Assembly: GCF_016714285.1 (NCBI RefSeq)
Contig: NZ_JADJNN010000008.1
Location: forward strand, 324,669 to 388,668
Reading direction: 5' to 3'
Source of the DNA: Nannocystis sp.
Lineage (GTDB): Bacteria > Myxococcota_A > Polyangia > Nannocystales > Nannocystaceae
Length of the DNA stretch: 64,000 nt
Made by a program: the position numbers and the translations under genes. Below, in pieces: positions 39,950 to 49,700 of the stretch; the first letter of the stretch is position 1; each line of letters opens with the position of its first letter. The notes below the pieces were generated by a model. The model did no database searches, was not told where the DNA came from, and was given only the letters and a program-made list of their open reading frames with translations.

Positions 39950-40837
39950 ATGGGTATCGGAGACCGCTTCGGAAAATTCCTCAAGGACGAGCTGGACTGC
40001 CGCTCGGTGTGGCCACCGGTGCTCACGCCGATGCAGCTCGGCGACTACGGCGTCAGCGATGGAGCGAGCTTCCAGAAGCTCGGCAACATCACGGACTTCG
40101 GGCTCACGCTGGAGATCGAGGTCGGGCAACCGTCGAGCCTGAACCTCGTGTCCAGCGGCGTGAAGCAGACGCGCCTCGCCGCAGGCGCCGCCGTCCCCGC
40201 GTTCCAGGGGCTCGGCAACGTCGCCGCGAAGCTGGGCATCGAGTTCTCGCGCAGCGAGAGCTTCGTGCTCAAGTGTCGCCGCGTCGAGCGCACGCAGATC
40301 CGCAACCTCGGCGCCCTGGCGCTGCGCCTGTCGCGGGCCAGGACCGCGGACGGTCAGGCCTGGAAGCACCTCGCGTGGAAGATCGTGTGGCAGCTCTACA
40401 CCGGCCGCGACGTGGTGTTCCTCGCCACCCGCAGCGCCGGCACGCGGGTCGAGTTCAGCGGCAGCGCCGACGCGCTGCACCAGCTCGAGATGGGCTCGCT
40501 CAGCGCCGGGATCGGCGTACAGACCAGCCACAGCCTCGGCTGCGAGGTGCTCGGGCAGAGCGGGCCGGTCGGCTACGGCCTCGCACGCGTCAAGGTCATC
40601 GGCGCTGGCGTGAAGTTCTTCTCCTCCGATCTCGAGGAGGAGGAGGCCGACGCCGTCGAGCACCTGAGCGCCGAAGAACCACCCCTCGAGTCGCTCGCGG
40701 ACGAGGACGATCCGGCCGTCGACGCCGGGCACCGGAGCCCCGAAGAACCACCCCTCGAGTCGCTCGCGGACGAGGACGAGCCGGCCGCCGACGCCGTCAC
40801 CGCCGATCCCGCGGCGCCAACCAAGGAGCCATCATGA
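39950..40837 (+). CDS. Hypothetical beta-rich protein with acidic duplicated C-terminal tail (candidate pore-forming/gasdermin-like substrate of the adjacent protease; speculative)
   Basis: GAGG RBS upstream. 295 aa. First 230 aa are Gly/Ser/Val/Leu-rich with alternating hydrophobic residues. The C-terminal 65 aa are acidic and contain a 22-aa direct repeat, EEPPLESLADEDDPAVDAGHRSP / EEPPLESLADEDEPAADAVTADP. The stop overlaps the ATG of the next gene (ATGA). Confidence 0.6.
   Translation: MGIGDRFGKFLKDELDCRSVWPPVLTPMQLGDYGVSDGASFQKLGNITDFGLTLEIEVGQPSSLNLVSSGVKQTRLAAGAAVPAFQGLGNVAAKLGIEFSRSESFVLKCRRVERTQIRNLGALALRLSRARTADGQAWKHLAWKIVWQLYTGRDVVFLATRSAGTRVEFSGSADALHQLEMGSLSAGIGVQTSHSLGCEVLGQSGPVGYGLARVKVIGAGVKFFSSDLEEEEADAVEHLSAEEPPLESLADEDDPAVDAGHRSPEEPPLESLADEDEPAADAVTADPAAPTKEPS
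40676..40805. repeat. ~66-bp in-frame tandem duplication inside the 3' end of gene 39950-40837
   Basis: gaagaaccacccctcgagtcgctcgcggacgaggacga...ccggagcccc repeated twice with 4 substitutions. Confidence 0.75.
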
Positions 40838-42204
40838 TCACGATCGTCCTCAGCGACATTCACCTCGGCAACGGCGCGGGCTACGACATCTTCGCCGGCG
40901 ACGCCGTGTTGCCCCCGGTGCTCGCCGCCGCGGCCCGGCAGCGCGCGCGCGTCATCCTCAACGGCGACACCTTCGACTTCCTCATGAACGAGGACCCGCT
41001 CGAGCTCGACGCGGCGCGGGCCACGGCCCAGGCGCGGGCGATCGTCGCCAATCCCTCGACCGCGGCGGTGATGGCCGGCCTCGGCGAGGTGCTCGCGGCC
41101 GGAGGCGAGGTCGTGCTGCGCCTCGGCAACCACGACGCCGAGGTCGCGCTCGCCGAGGTGCAGGCGGTCCTGCGTGACGCGCTGCAGCAGCCGCCCGAGG
41201 TCGCCGCGCGCCTGGCCTTCGAGCGCGGCGACAACCCCTCGCTGCTCACGGTCGGCGGGGCCCGGATCTTGCTCGCGCACGGCGAACACAACGACCCGTG
41301 GAATCGCCTCGACTACAAGAACCTCCCGAGCGCCGGCGACGGCCCCAAGTTTCGTTACCCGCCCGGCTCGCGCCTGGTCAAGACGCTGCTCAACCCGCTC
41401 AAGCGCGGCTTCGGCATGCGCTTCGCCGATCTGCTCAAGCCCGACTTCCAGGGCGCCGTGCTCACGGCCCTGGCCGTCGATCCGACCTCGATGCGCCTGA
41501 TCTTCCAGGGCAACACGGCGAGGTTGTTGTGGCAGCTGTTTCGTAAGAGCGGGGAGGGCATGACCTTCGCCGACGGTGAGGAGGGCGAGGGCAACCTCGG
41601 CATCGCCGACGCCCTCGACCAGGCCGGGCTCTCCGCGGACGAGCGCGCCGCCATCGAGTCGGCCGTCGACCCCGACGGCGCCGCGACCTTCGCCGACGAG
41701 GACGTGCTCGACGGGGCCCGCTTCAAGCTCGCCCGCGCCGGCCTCAAGCTGTACGCCGCGGCCCAGCGGGCCCTGACTGGCACCACCGGCGACCGCTACT
41801 TCGACCTCCGCCCCGACGACGGCGAATGGACCGAGGCCCGCCGTCTCGCGGACAAGTTCGCGGCCGACGCGGTCGTGCTCGGCCACACCCACTCGGCCCG
41901 CTGGAAGCAGGAGCCCGGCCTCGCGTTCGTCAACACGGGCACGTGGATCCACCTCATGCGCCTGCCCGCCGCCAGCGACGACGACGCGGCCTGGCTCGGC
42001 TTCCTCGACACGATCCGCCGCAACCCGTCGCTCGACGCGGCGCGCGGCCCCGCGGCCCCGCTGGTCACGCGCTTCACTGGCCTCGTGATCCACGAAGACC
42101 CCGCGGGCGGGGCGCTGCTGCAGCTGGTCGAGTGGCAGGCCGGCGCGGCACCGGCGGTGCTCGCCTCGGGCGCGGTCGCGGCGCGCAGCACCGCGGCTCG
42201 ATAG
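40834..42204 (+). CDS. Calcineurin-like metallophosphoesterase (paralog B)
   Basis: MITIVLSDIHLG, VILNGDTFDFL, LLAHGEHND, VVLGHTHSARW. ATGA overlap with the upstream gene. By my count the ATG is at 40834; the ORF track lists 40837. Confidence 0.7.
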   Translation: MITIVLSDIHLGNGAGYDIFAGDAVLPPVLAAAARQRARVILNGDTFDFLMNEDPLELDAARATAQARAIVANPSTAAVMAGLGEVLAAGGEVVLRLGNHDAEVALAEVQAVLRDALQQPPEVAARLAFERGDNPSLLTVGGARILLAHGEHNDPWNRLDYKNLPSAGDGPKFRYPPGSRLVKTLLNPLKRGFGMRFADLLKPDFQGAVLTALAVDPTSMRLIFQGNTARLLWQLFRKSGEGMTFADGEEGEGNLGIADALDQAGLSADERAAIESAVDPDGAATFADEDVLDGARFKLARAGLKLYAAAQRALTGTTGDRYFDLRPDDGEWTEARRLADKFAADAVVLGHTHSARWKQEPGLAFVNTGTWIHLMRLPAASDDDAAWLGFLDTIRRNPSLDAARGPAAPLVTRFTGLVIHEDPAGGALLQLVEWQAGAAPAVLASGAVAARSTAAR

Positions 42205-42243
42205 GGCCCGCACGTCGACACGCGCGCCACGTCGCGCTCGTCC

Positions 42244-45200
42244 GTGCGGTGCACGAAGCACGATCGCCCGCGCCAGGTGTGTATCTTGGGCGCCGTGGTG
42301 CTGCGCGAGGTGAACCCGGAGCCGGCCCCCAGCGACGTCGCGCTGCTCGACGCCTCGACGGTCCACGGACCTGCAGCGTCGCCCGCGACCGCGGCCGACG
42401 CTCCGCCGCCCGCGGTCCCGGGCGCGACCCCGCCGCTGACGCCGGCGTGGATCGGCCGCTTCCTCGTCATCGAGCCGCTCGGGGCCGGCGGCATGGGCCA
42501 GGTCTATGCCGCCTACGATCCCGAGCTCGATCGCAAGGTCGCGCTCAAGCTGCTGCACGGCCACGTCGACGCCGGTGACCGGCACGGCGCCGAGCGCCTC
42601 CACCGGGAGGCCCAGGCCATGGCCAGGCTCTCGCACCCGAACGTGGTCACGGTCCACGAGATCGGCGGGCACGCGGGCCAAATTTTCATCGCCATGGAGC
42701 TGGTCGCCGGCGTCGACCTCGGCCGCTGGCTCGCCGCGGAGCCGCGGCCCTGGCGGGCCGTGCTCGCCATGTTCCGCGCCGCCGGCGAGGGCCTCGCGGC
42801 CGCCCACGAGGCCGGCCTGGTCCATCGCGACTTCAAGCCCGGCAACGTGCTCGTCGGCGACGACGGTCGGGCGCGGGTCGCCGACTTCGGCCTCGTCCAT
42901 GCCTCGGGCTCACCGACGACGAGGCCCGGTCACGCCGCCGACGTACGGACCGGGGCCGGCGCCGTGATGGGCACGCCCGCGTACATGGCCCCAGAGCAGC
43001 TGCGCGGCGAGGCGACCGACGCCCGCACCGACGTGTTCGCGTTCTGCCTCGCGCTGTGGGAGGCGTTGCTCGGCAGCCGCCCCTTCGCGGCTGGATCGCT
43101 GGACCTGCGCCTGCAAGCGATCGAGCGCGGCCTCCCGGACGACCCGCCGCGCCTGCCCCTGCGCGAGCGCTGGCTGCGGCCCCTGCTGCGCCGCGGCCTC
43201 GCGGCGGACCCCGATGCGCGCTGGCCCGGCATGCGGCCGCTGCTCGCCGCCCTCGCCCACGACCCCGTGCTCACGCGGGCCCGTCGCCGACGCACCGCGC
43301 TGTTCACCGCCGTGTCCCTCGCTCTCGGCGCCGCGCTGCTGTTCGGCGGCTCGGCGCTGTGGTCCTTCGCCCGGACCTACGCGCGCGAGTCGGGGGCGCA
43401 GGCCCGCCTCGAGGCCACGCTCCTGCGCCTCGGTGCGCTGCGGAGCGAGGGCAGCCACGACGAGGCCGAGCAGGTGTTCGCCGGCTTCCTGGCGGCGCCC
43501 GAACATCACGGCACCCGGGCGGAGGTCCAGGCGCGCCGCTGGCAGGCCGAGGACCGGCGCCAGCGCGGCGACCTCGACGGGGCGATCGACGCCTACACCA
43601 GTGCGTACGCCGCGACCAGGCACGCCGACCAGGTGCCCGAGCTGCTGCTCGGCCTCGCCGCCGTGTTCCGCGAGCGCCAGGCCTGGGCGTCGCTCAGCTG
43701 GGTGCTCGCCACCCTCGAGACGATGCCGTCCATGGCGCCGCGCATCGCCCGGCTGCAACGTGATGTCGCGCTGCACCGCCGCGACGTCGCTACCGCCGCT
43801 GGCCTCGACCCCGCCGGCGCCGCGCTGTTTGCCGCGCTCGGCCAGGCCGAGGCCAGCGACCTGCGGGCCCGCCGCGCCGAGACGATCGACCTCGAAGGCG
43901 ACGGCGCGACCTCGGTGATGTTGTGGGCGTCGCTGGCCGGCACTGCGCAGGTGAAGCTGGTCCGCGCCACCCGCGGGCTGCCCGCGATTGCCACTTTCGA
44001 CGACACGCTCCACCACGTCGTGCCCCACACCGCCCCGCGCCCCGGGCGCGTCGTCGGCGAGCAGCGCCGCCTGCTCGTGTGGGACGGCGCCCGCTTCGTC
44101 CAGGAGGCCGAATGGCCCGGGGGCTTCGCGGCCGCGGTCGCCAGCGCCGACCTCGACGGCGACCATGCCCGCGAGGTCTACGTCGGCATCAGCCGCAACG
44201 GCCGCCGTCTCCTCGGGCTGCGCCCGGGTCCGTCTGGCTGGGAGAAATTCATCCCTGCGCCCGGCCTCAGCGCCGACGCCGAGGTCCTCGCCCTCGCCGC
44301 GGGTGACCTCGACGGTGATGGCCGCGACGAGCTGGTCGCCGGGCTCGGTCCGCCGGTCAGCCACGGCCTGCGGGTGCTGCGGTCCGGTGCACCGGCGTTC
44401 CCGCTGGTCTCGTGGGTGCACCGGCGTCACGGCACCATCACGGACCTCCAGATCGTGCCCGGGCGCGCCGGCCCGCGGCTCGCGGTCGCCAGCACGGTCG
44501 ATCCGGCGGCGCACCCGGAGGACCCGCCCGCCGGCCTGCATCTCTACCGCCTCCACGGCGGCGAGCTGATCGCGGACGCCCAATACCTGCTCGAGCCCGG
44601 CGCCACGCTGCGCCACCTCGTCGTCGCGGACCTCGACGGCGACGGCGAGCCCGAGCTGATCGGCGAGGTGCAGCGCGGCGAGGAGGTCGACCTGGCGATC
44701 TTCCGCCCCGAGTCCGCCGGCGGCACCCTGCGCATCGGTGGGATCGTGCCCCTGGCGGCAACCCAGCTCGACGAGGACCCCGCCGACGAGCTCCTGGTCG
44801 CCGACACCCACGACGACGATCGCGTATGGAGCCTCGGCGTCGGTGACCAGGCGCTCCCGGGCCTCGACCTCGGTCGTCCACCCGTCGCCGCCCCGCCGCC
44901 TCCGGGTGTCGCCGACGACCCGGCCCTGCGCGCGCAGTGGACCCGCGCCGACGAGCTCGCCGGCATGGGACTGCTCGACGCCGCCAGCCAGCGCTTCGCC
45001 GAGCTCGGCGCGACCTTGCCGCAGGGCCCGCCTCGCGCGGCCACCCTGGCCCGCGCCGGCGAGCTCGCCGCGGACGCCGGCCTGCTCGCGCGCGCAGCCG
45101 GTCTGTTCGCGGCGGCGGCCGCGGACGACCCGGCCCACCTCGCGCGCGCGGCCGACAGCTGGGAGCGCCTCGGTCGCTTCGACGACGCCCGCCGCACGCT

Positions 45201-46602
45201 GCGCGCGCTCGGCCCAGCCGACCCGGCCATCGCGGCCGAGCTCGCCCGCTACGAGCAACTCGTGGCCAGCGAGCGGGTGCTCCGCTTCGACGGGCAGCTC
45301 GACCCCGCCTGGCGAGCCCACGACCCGCTGCGCCTCCGCCACGATCCGCTGCGCACCACCCTCGTCGCCGAGCTCGACGCCGGGGCCCCGGTGCTGACGC
45401 TGCCGTTTGTCGCCGGCCCCGACTTCTCCGTCCGCGTCGAGCTCTCGCTCGCCGAGATCGGCCTCGGCGGCAGCTTCGGCTTTCAACTCGCCGACAGCTG
45501 CGACGCCAAGCAGGCGCGCCACGTCGTCGTCCGCGCCGCCGCCGAGCACGGCGCCAGCGCGGACCCTGGCGCTCGCCTGGTCGTCAGCTTCCGCGCCGCC
45601 GAGGTCGCCGCCGACATCCCGCTGCCGACCCCGGACCAACGCCTCGCGATCGAGCTGGTCCAGCTCGGCAGCCTCGGCGAGCAGCGCCTGAGCCTCTCCG
45701 TCGACGACGTCGTGGTCGGCACCCGAGGCCGTCCGCTCGCCGACCCGCAGCGCCCGGGTTGCCTCGCCATCAAGCGCACCCAAAAGCCCGGCGGGATCGC
45801 GGCCCCGTGGTCGCGTGTCGAGCTGCACCGCGTCACCACCCGCGGGCTCACCCTGCTCGCGCCCCCGCCCGACCCGTGGGCGCAGGCCGGCGCGCACCTC
45901 ATCGCGGGCGACGGTGCGGCCGCGCTCGCGGCCCTGGCCGTCGCCGAGGCCGCCGGCGAGCCAGCGCCGCCCGAGCTGCCGGTGTGGCGGGCGCTCGCCC
46001 TGGCCACCGCCGGTCGCGGCGGCGAGGCGGTCGCCTTGCTGCGCGAGCGCATCGACATCGACGCACTGGACGCGCCCCTCCAGCGCGCCGCCATCCGACT
46101 CCTGCGCGGGCGACCGGAGCTCGCGCCGCTGCTGCAGGACGCCCTCGGGCCCGGCTATCTGCCGCTGTACATGGCCGCCTGGGCGCCGCGGCTGGCCAAT
46201 GACCTGCGCCGCCCGACCACCCTGCACGCCCTGCTCGAGCACCCGCCGCGCCTGGACCTCCCGACCGAGGCGCCGCTCTCCGAGGCGATCCTGGAACTGC
46301 GGGTCGCCCGGGTCGCCGCCTTCGCCCAGCTCGGACAGCCGGCCCGCGCCGCCCGCGAGCTCGCCGAGATCGACCTGACGCAGGCCGCCGCCACGCGCGA
46401 GACCCGGGCCCCGCTGCGCGCCTCCTTGCCCCGCCTCGCGGCGCTGGAGCTCGCCGGCGGCCACCCAGAAGCCGCCTTCGCGCACCTCCACATGCTGGCG
46501 CAGGTGTGCAGCCCGGAGGTCTTCGCCGACCTCGTGAGCGCCGAGCCCGGCCTGCTCGCGCTGCAGAGCGACCCCCGCTGGCGCGAGTTGCCCGGCGTCT
46601 GA
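42244..46602 (+). CDS. Eukaryotic-like Ser/Thr protein kinase + TM + FG-GAP/integrin-alpha-like and TPR-like regions
   Basis: LGAGGMGQVYAAYD...KVALK, HRDFKPGNVLV, DFGL, GTPAYMAPE. TM helix ALFTAVSLALGAALLFGGSALW. Repeated DLDGDG..EL motifs. Confidence 0.8.
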   Translation: MRCTKHDRPRQVCILGAVVLREVNPEPAPSDVALLDASTVHGPAASPATAADAPPPAVPGATPPLTPAWIGRFLVIEPLGAGGMGQVYAAYDPELDRKVALKLLHGHVDAGDRHGAERLHREAQAMARLSHPNVVTVHEIGGHAGQIFIAMELVAGVDLGRWLAAEPRPWRAVLAMFRAAGEGLAAAHEAGLVHRDFKPGNVLVGDDGRARVADFGLVHASGSPTTRPGHAADVRTGAGAVMGTPAYMAPEQLRGEATDARTDVFAFCLALWEALLGSRPFAAGSLDLRLQAIERGLPDDPPRLPLRERWLRPLLRRGLAADPDARWPGMRPLLAALAHDPVLTRARRRRTALFTAVSLALGAALLFGGSALWSFARTYARESGAQARLEATLLRLGALRSEGSHDEAEQVFAGFLAAPEHHGTRAEVQARRWQAEDRRQRGDLDGAIDAYTSAYAATRHADQVPELLLGLAAVFRERQAWASLSWVLATLETMPSMAPRIARLQRDVALHRRDVATAAGLDPAGAALFAALGQAEASDLRARRAETIDLEGDGATSVMLWASLAGTAQVKLVRATRGLPAIATFDDTLHHVVPHTAPRPGRVVGEQRRLLVWDGARFVQEAEWPGGFAAAVASADLDGDHAREVYVGISRNGRRLLGLRPGPSGWEKFIPAPGLSADAEVLALAAGDLDGDGRDELVAGLGPPVSHGLRVLRSGAPAFPLVSWVHRRHGTITDLQIVPGRAGPRLAVASTVDPAAHPEDPPAGLHLYRLHGGELIADAQYLLEPGATLRHLVVADLDGDGEPELIGEVQRGEEVDLAIFRPESAGGTLRIGGIVPLAATQLDEDPADELLVADTHDDDRVWSLGVGDQALPGLDLGRPPVAAPPPPGVADDPALRAQWTRADELAGMGLLDAASQRFAELGATLPQGPPRAATLARAGELAADAGLLARAAGLFAAAAADDPAHLARAADSWERLGRFDDARRTLRALGPADPAIAAELARYEQLVASERVLRFDGQLDPAWRAHDPLRLRHDPLRTTLVAELDAGAPVLTLPFVAGPDFSVRVELSLAEIGLGGSFGFQLADSCDAKQARHVVVRAAAEHGASADPGARLVVSFRAAEVAADIPLPTPDQRLAIELVQLGSLGEQRLSLSVDDVVVGTRGRPLADPQRPGCLAIKRTQKPGGIAAPWSRVELHRVTTRGLTLLAPPPDPWAQAGAHLIAGDGAAALAALAVAEAAGEPAPPELPVWRALALATAGRGGEAVALLRERIDIDALDAPLQRAAIRLLRGRPELAPLLQDALGPGYLPLYMAAWAPRLANDLRRPTTLHALLEHPPRLDLPTEAPLSEAILELRVARVAAFAQLGQPARAARELAEIDLTQAAATRETRAPLRASLPRLAALELAGGHPEAAFAHLHMLAQVCSPEVFADLVSAEPGLLALQSDPRWRELPGV

Positions 46603-46724
46603 GAGCCCCCGCCCGGCTGGGTTCACAAGCCAGCGACGGCTCCGTCGAGCTCTCGTTGGCGGGGGCCCTCGCGTGTCGATCGTCGATCGACCGCGGCACC
46701 CACGGATATCAAGGGAGTGGGAGC

Positions 46725-49700
46725 ATGGGAATCGAACAGAGCATTACAAAAGATCATCCGACCCAGCGCGAGGGCACCGTCCTCGGCGGTCAGGTTTACG
46801 TGCGTCTGCCGGAGATGGCGGTCTCATTCGCCCGCGGGCTGGTGATCCAGGCCTGGGTGCGGCCGGATGCGCAACAGACAGCCGCGATCGTCTGGCTCGG
46901 GGGCGAGGGCGCGAAGATCGTCCTGTACCTCATGAAGGATGCGCTCGCGCTTGAGTGGATCGACACCCAGGGCGCGCCGCACGCCGTGAAAGTCCAGGTC
47001 GCGCTGCCGGTCGGCGCGTGGTCCCGGGTCGCCGTCGCCCTCGGCCCGGGCGGCGTCACCTTCTTCCACGGGGCCACCGCGATCGCGGTCCCGGGGGCCG
47101 CCCTGCTGCCCCGCGAGACCGCCCGCGACGGCAACGCCATCGGCGCCCAGGCGGGCGGCGGCAAGGGCTTCGTCGGGGCGATCGGCGAGGTCCGCCTGTG
47201 GAACCGCAGCAGCGGCCTCGACGTGATCCTCGATCGCGGCGCCCGTGACCTCCGCGGCGACGAGCCCGGCCTCGTCGGCTGGTGGACCCTCGAGGGCGCC
47301 GGCGGCGTCGCGGACCGCTCGCCCTTCGGCCGCCACGGCGTGCTCGTCGGCGGCGCCTTCAAGGCCGGGGCCTCGAGCTTCGCCGTCCAGCCGACCCTCG
47401 ATCGCTGCCTCGACTTCGGGGCAGGTGTCGGCGTCGTCGACCTCGTGATCCCGCGGCTGCGCCGGGCCTTCACCTGGCAGGCGCTGGTCCGCGTCCGCGA
47501 CCTCGCCCGCGAGGCCACCCTGCTCGACGCCACGCGGGACAACCTGGGGCTGCGCGTGACCCTCGCGAAGGGCGTGCTCAAGGCCTCCGTCGCCGACAAG
47601 TCGGGCACCGTGCAGTGCAGCAGCACCCAGGCGATCGCCGCCAACACCTGGACGAGCGTCGCCCTGCGGCTCGGCGACGACGGCGCTCTCACGCTCTTCG
47701 TCAACGACGCCATCGTCGGCGCCGTCGCGGTCTCGAAGCTCGAAGTGAGGTCGACGCGCCTCGGCCCCGGCCTCGACGGTCAGATGGCCGAGGTCCGCTT
47801 CTGGTCGCGTGCCCTGTCCAGCGCCGAGATCGCCGACACCTCCCGGCGGCGGATCCACGCCTGGGCCCCCGGCCTCGTCACCTGTTGGCGGATGGACGAC
47901 GAGGTCCTGCTGCCTCAGGCTGCGCCTCCCAACAGCGCGGTCACCATCTGCTCGGACCGCAATTTCCTGGGCAACAAGGTGGTCCTGCTGCCTGGTCGCT
48001 ACAACTGGAATCAGCTCGGGATCGGCAACGACGCGCTCTCCTCGATCTCGGTGCCCGCGGCCTACCTCGGCCTCCAGGTCACCGTCTACGCGGACGGCAA
48101 TTTCACCGGCAAGAGCACCAGCTACACCCGCGACACCCCCCAGGTCGCCGACAACGACACCGCCTCGTCGATCGTCGTCGAGGGCCGCCGCGGGATCGTC
48201 GACGCGAGCCTCGCGGGGTCGTGTATCGCGTACGTGACCGACGCTCAGCCGGCCGCGCGTGACGGGCTGACCCTCGCCTCGGCGCCGCTCGTCATCCCGC
48301 CGCGGGTCGCCGGCCTCGGCAGCGCCCTCACCCTGCCGGACCTGCCGGCGGTCGGCACCGGCGGCTACTCCGTGCAGCTATGGGTCAACCTCGACGCGGC
48401 CCTCCCGTCTTGTTCGGTGCTGACCCTGCACGGCGCCGGCGCGGTCACGGTCTACCAGCACGAGAACTTCGGCGGCGCCTCGCAGGCGCTCGGGGTCGGC
48501 AAACACGACGTCAGCAGCCTGACGATCGGCAACGACCAGGTCTCCTCGATCAAGGTCCCCCTGGGTCTGCGCGCCGAGCTGTGGCAGCACGGCGGCTTCA
48601 AGGGCGACTCATGGAAGTACGTCAGCGACGCGCCGAGCGTGCGCGACGCCAACGATCAAGCCTCGTCGATCATCGTCGAGAGCCTGCCCGTGATCGAGAT
48701 CCTGGCGACGAAGATCGGCGACAGCTTCACGCTCTCGCTCGGCGGTCTCGTGTTCAGCACCTACAACGGCCTCGATCTCGGCGTCTCCCTGACCCCGCGC
48801 CGCTGGACCCACGTCTCGATCACCCACAGCGCCGACGGCCTCCTCTGCGTCTACGCCGACGGCCGTCTCGTCCGCCGCCTCGATGTGGCCCCCTTGCCCG
48901 CCCGCACCCTCGCGCCGGTCGTCGGCCCCTTCGTCGGGTCGATCGCCGAGCTGCGCCTGTGGTCGCGCGCCCTGACCCGCGACGAGATCGAGGGCAACTG
49001 GCAGCAACGCGAAGGCGCCGGCGCCGGCCTCGTCGGGCGCTGGCCGTTCGCGGCGGACCTGTCTGGCGGACCCTCCGAGGCCAAGGGCACGGTGATCTGG
49101 CGCGAGGCCCCCGGGCTCGCGTTCAAGCGCCCGTCGGCGGAGCTGCAGGCGACCATCAAGGCGCGCGCCAGCTTCCTCGCCGATCAGACCGGCGCCAAGC
49201 AGGCGCCCCAGCTCTGCGTCAACCTCAGCGCGCTCGACGCCAGGGGCCAGCCGCTGCCGCTCACCAAGATCACGGTCGTCAGCAGCTCCAGCGTCGCGCT
49301 CTACCGCAACACGGTCCGCCCCGAGAACCGGATCACCGACCCGAAGTGCTTTGAGATCGACACCGACGCCCGCGGCGTCGCCCGCCTGGCCTTGCAGCCA
49401 GCCGCACTCTCGGCGCCGATCCTCAAGGTGCGCCACGACGGCATGAGCGAGGGTGAGTGGGCCCTGGTCACCCCTGATCAGGTCTTGCACGAGGCGCTCG
49501 CGTCCTTGACCGTCTCGGAGGTCAAGCAAGGTCGCCGCGCCACTGCCACCAGCAAGGGCGGCGCCCGGGGGCTCTGCACCGACGGCGCCGAGGAGCTGGT
49601 GGCGATCCTCCGCGGCATGCTCGGCGCCGCCGCGGCCTTCTCCTTTGAAGCCGAGAGCACCGCCGGCCTCGCCTTCGGTGACCTCGAGGACCAGCCCGCG

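Noticed and set aside
38014-46626. ORFs 38014..40026(-), 40009..42204(+, 731 aa), 40573..42900(-), 42910..46626(-)
   Set aside because: Antisense or frame-shadows of the protease-HTH, phosphoesterase B and Ser/Thr-kinase genes. The 731-aa version of 40009..42204 merges the unrelated upstream gene's frame into phosphoesterase B.
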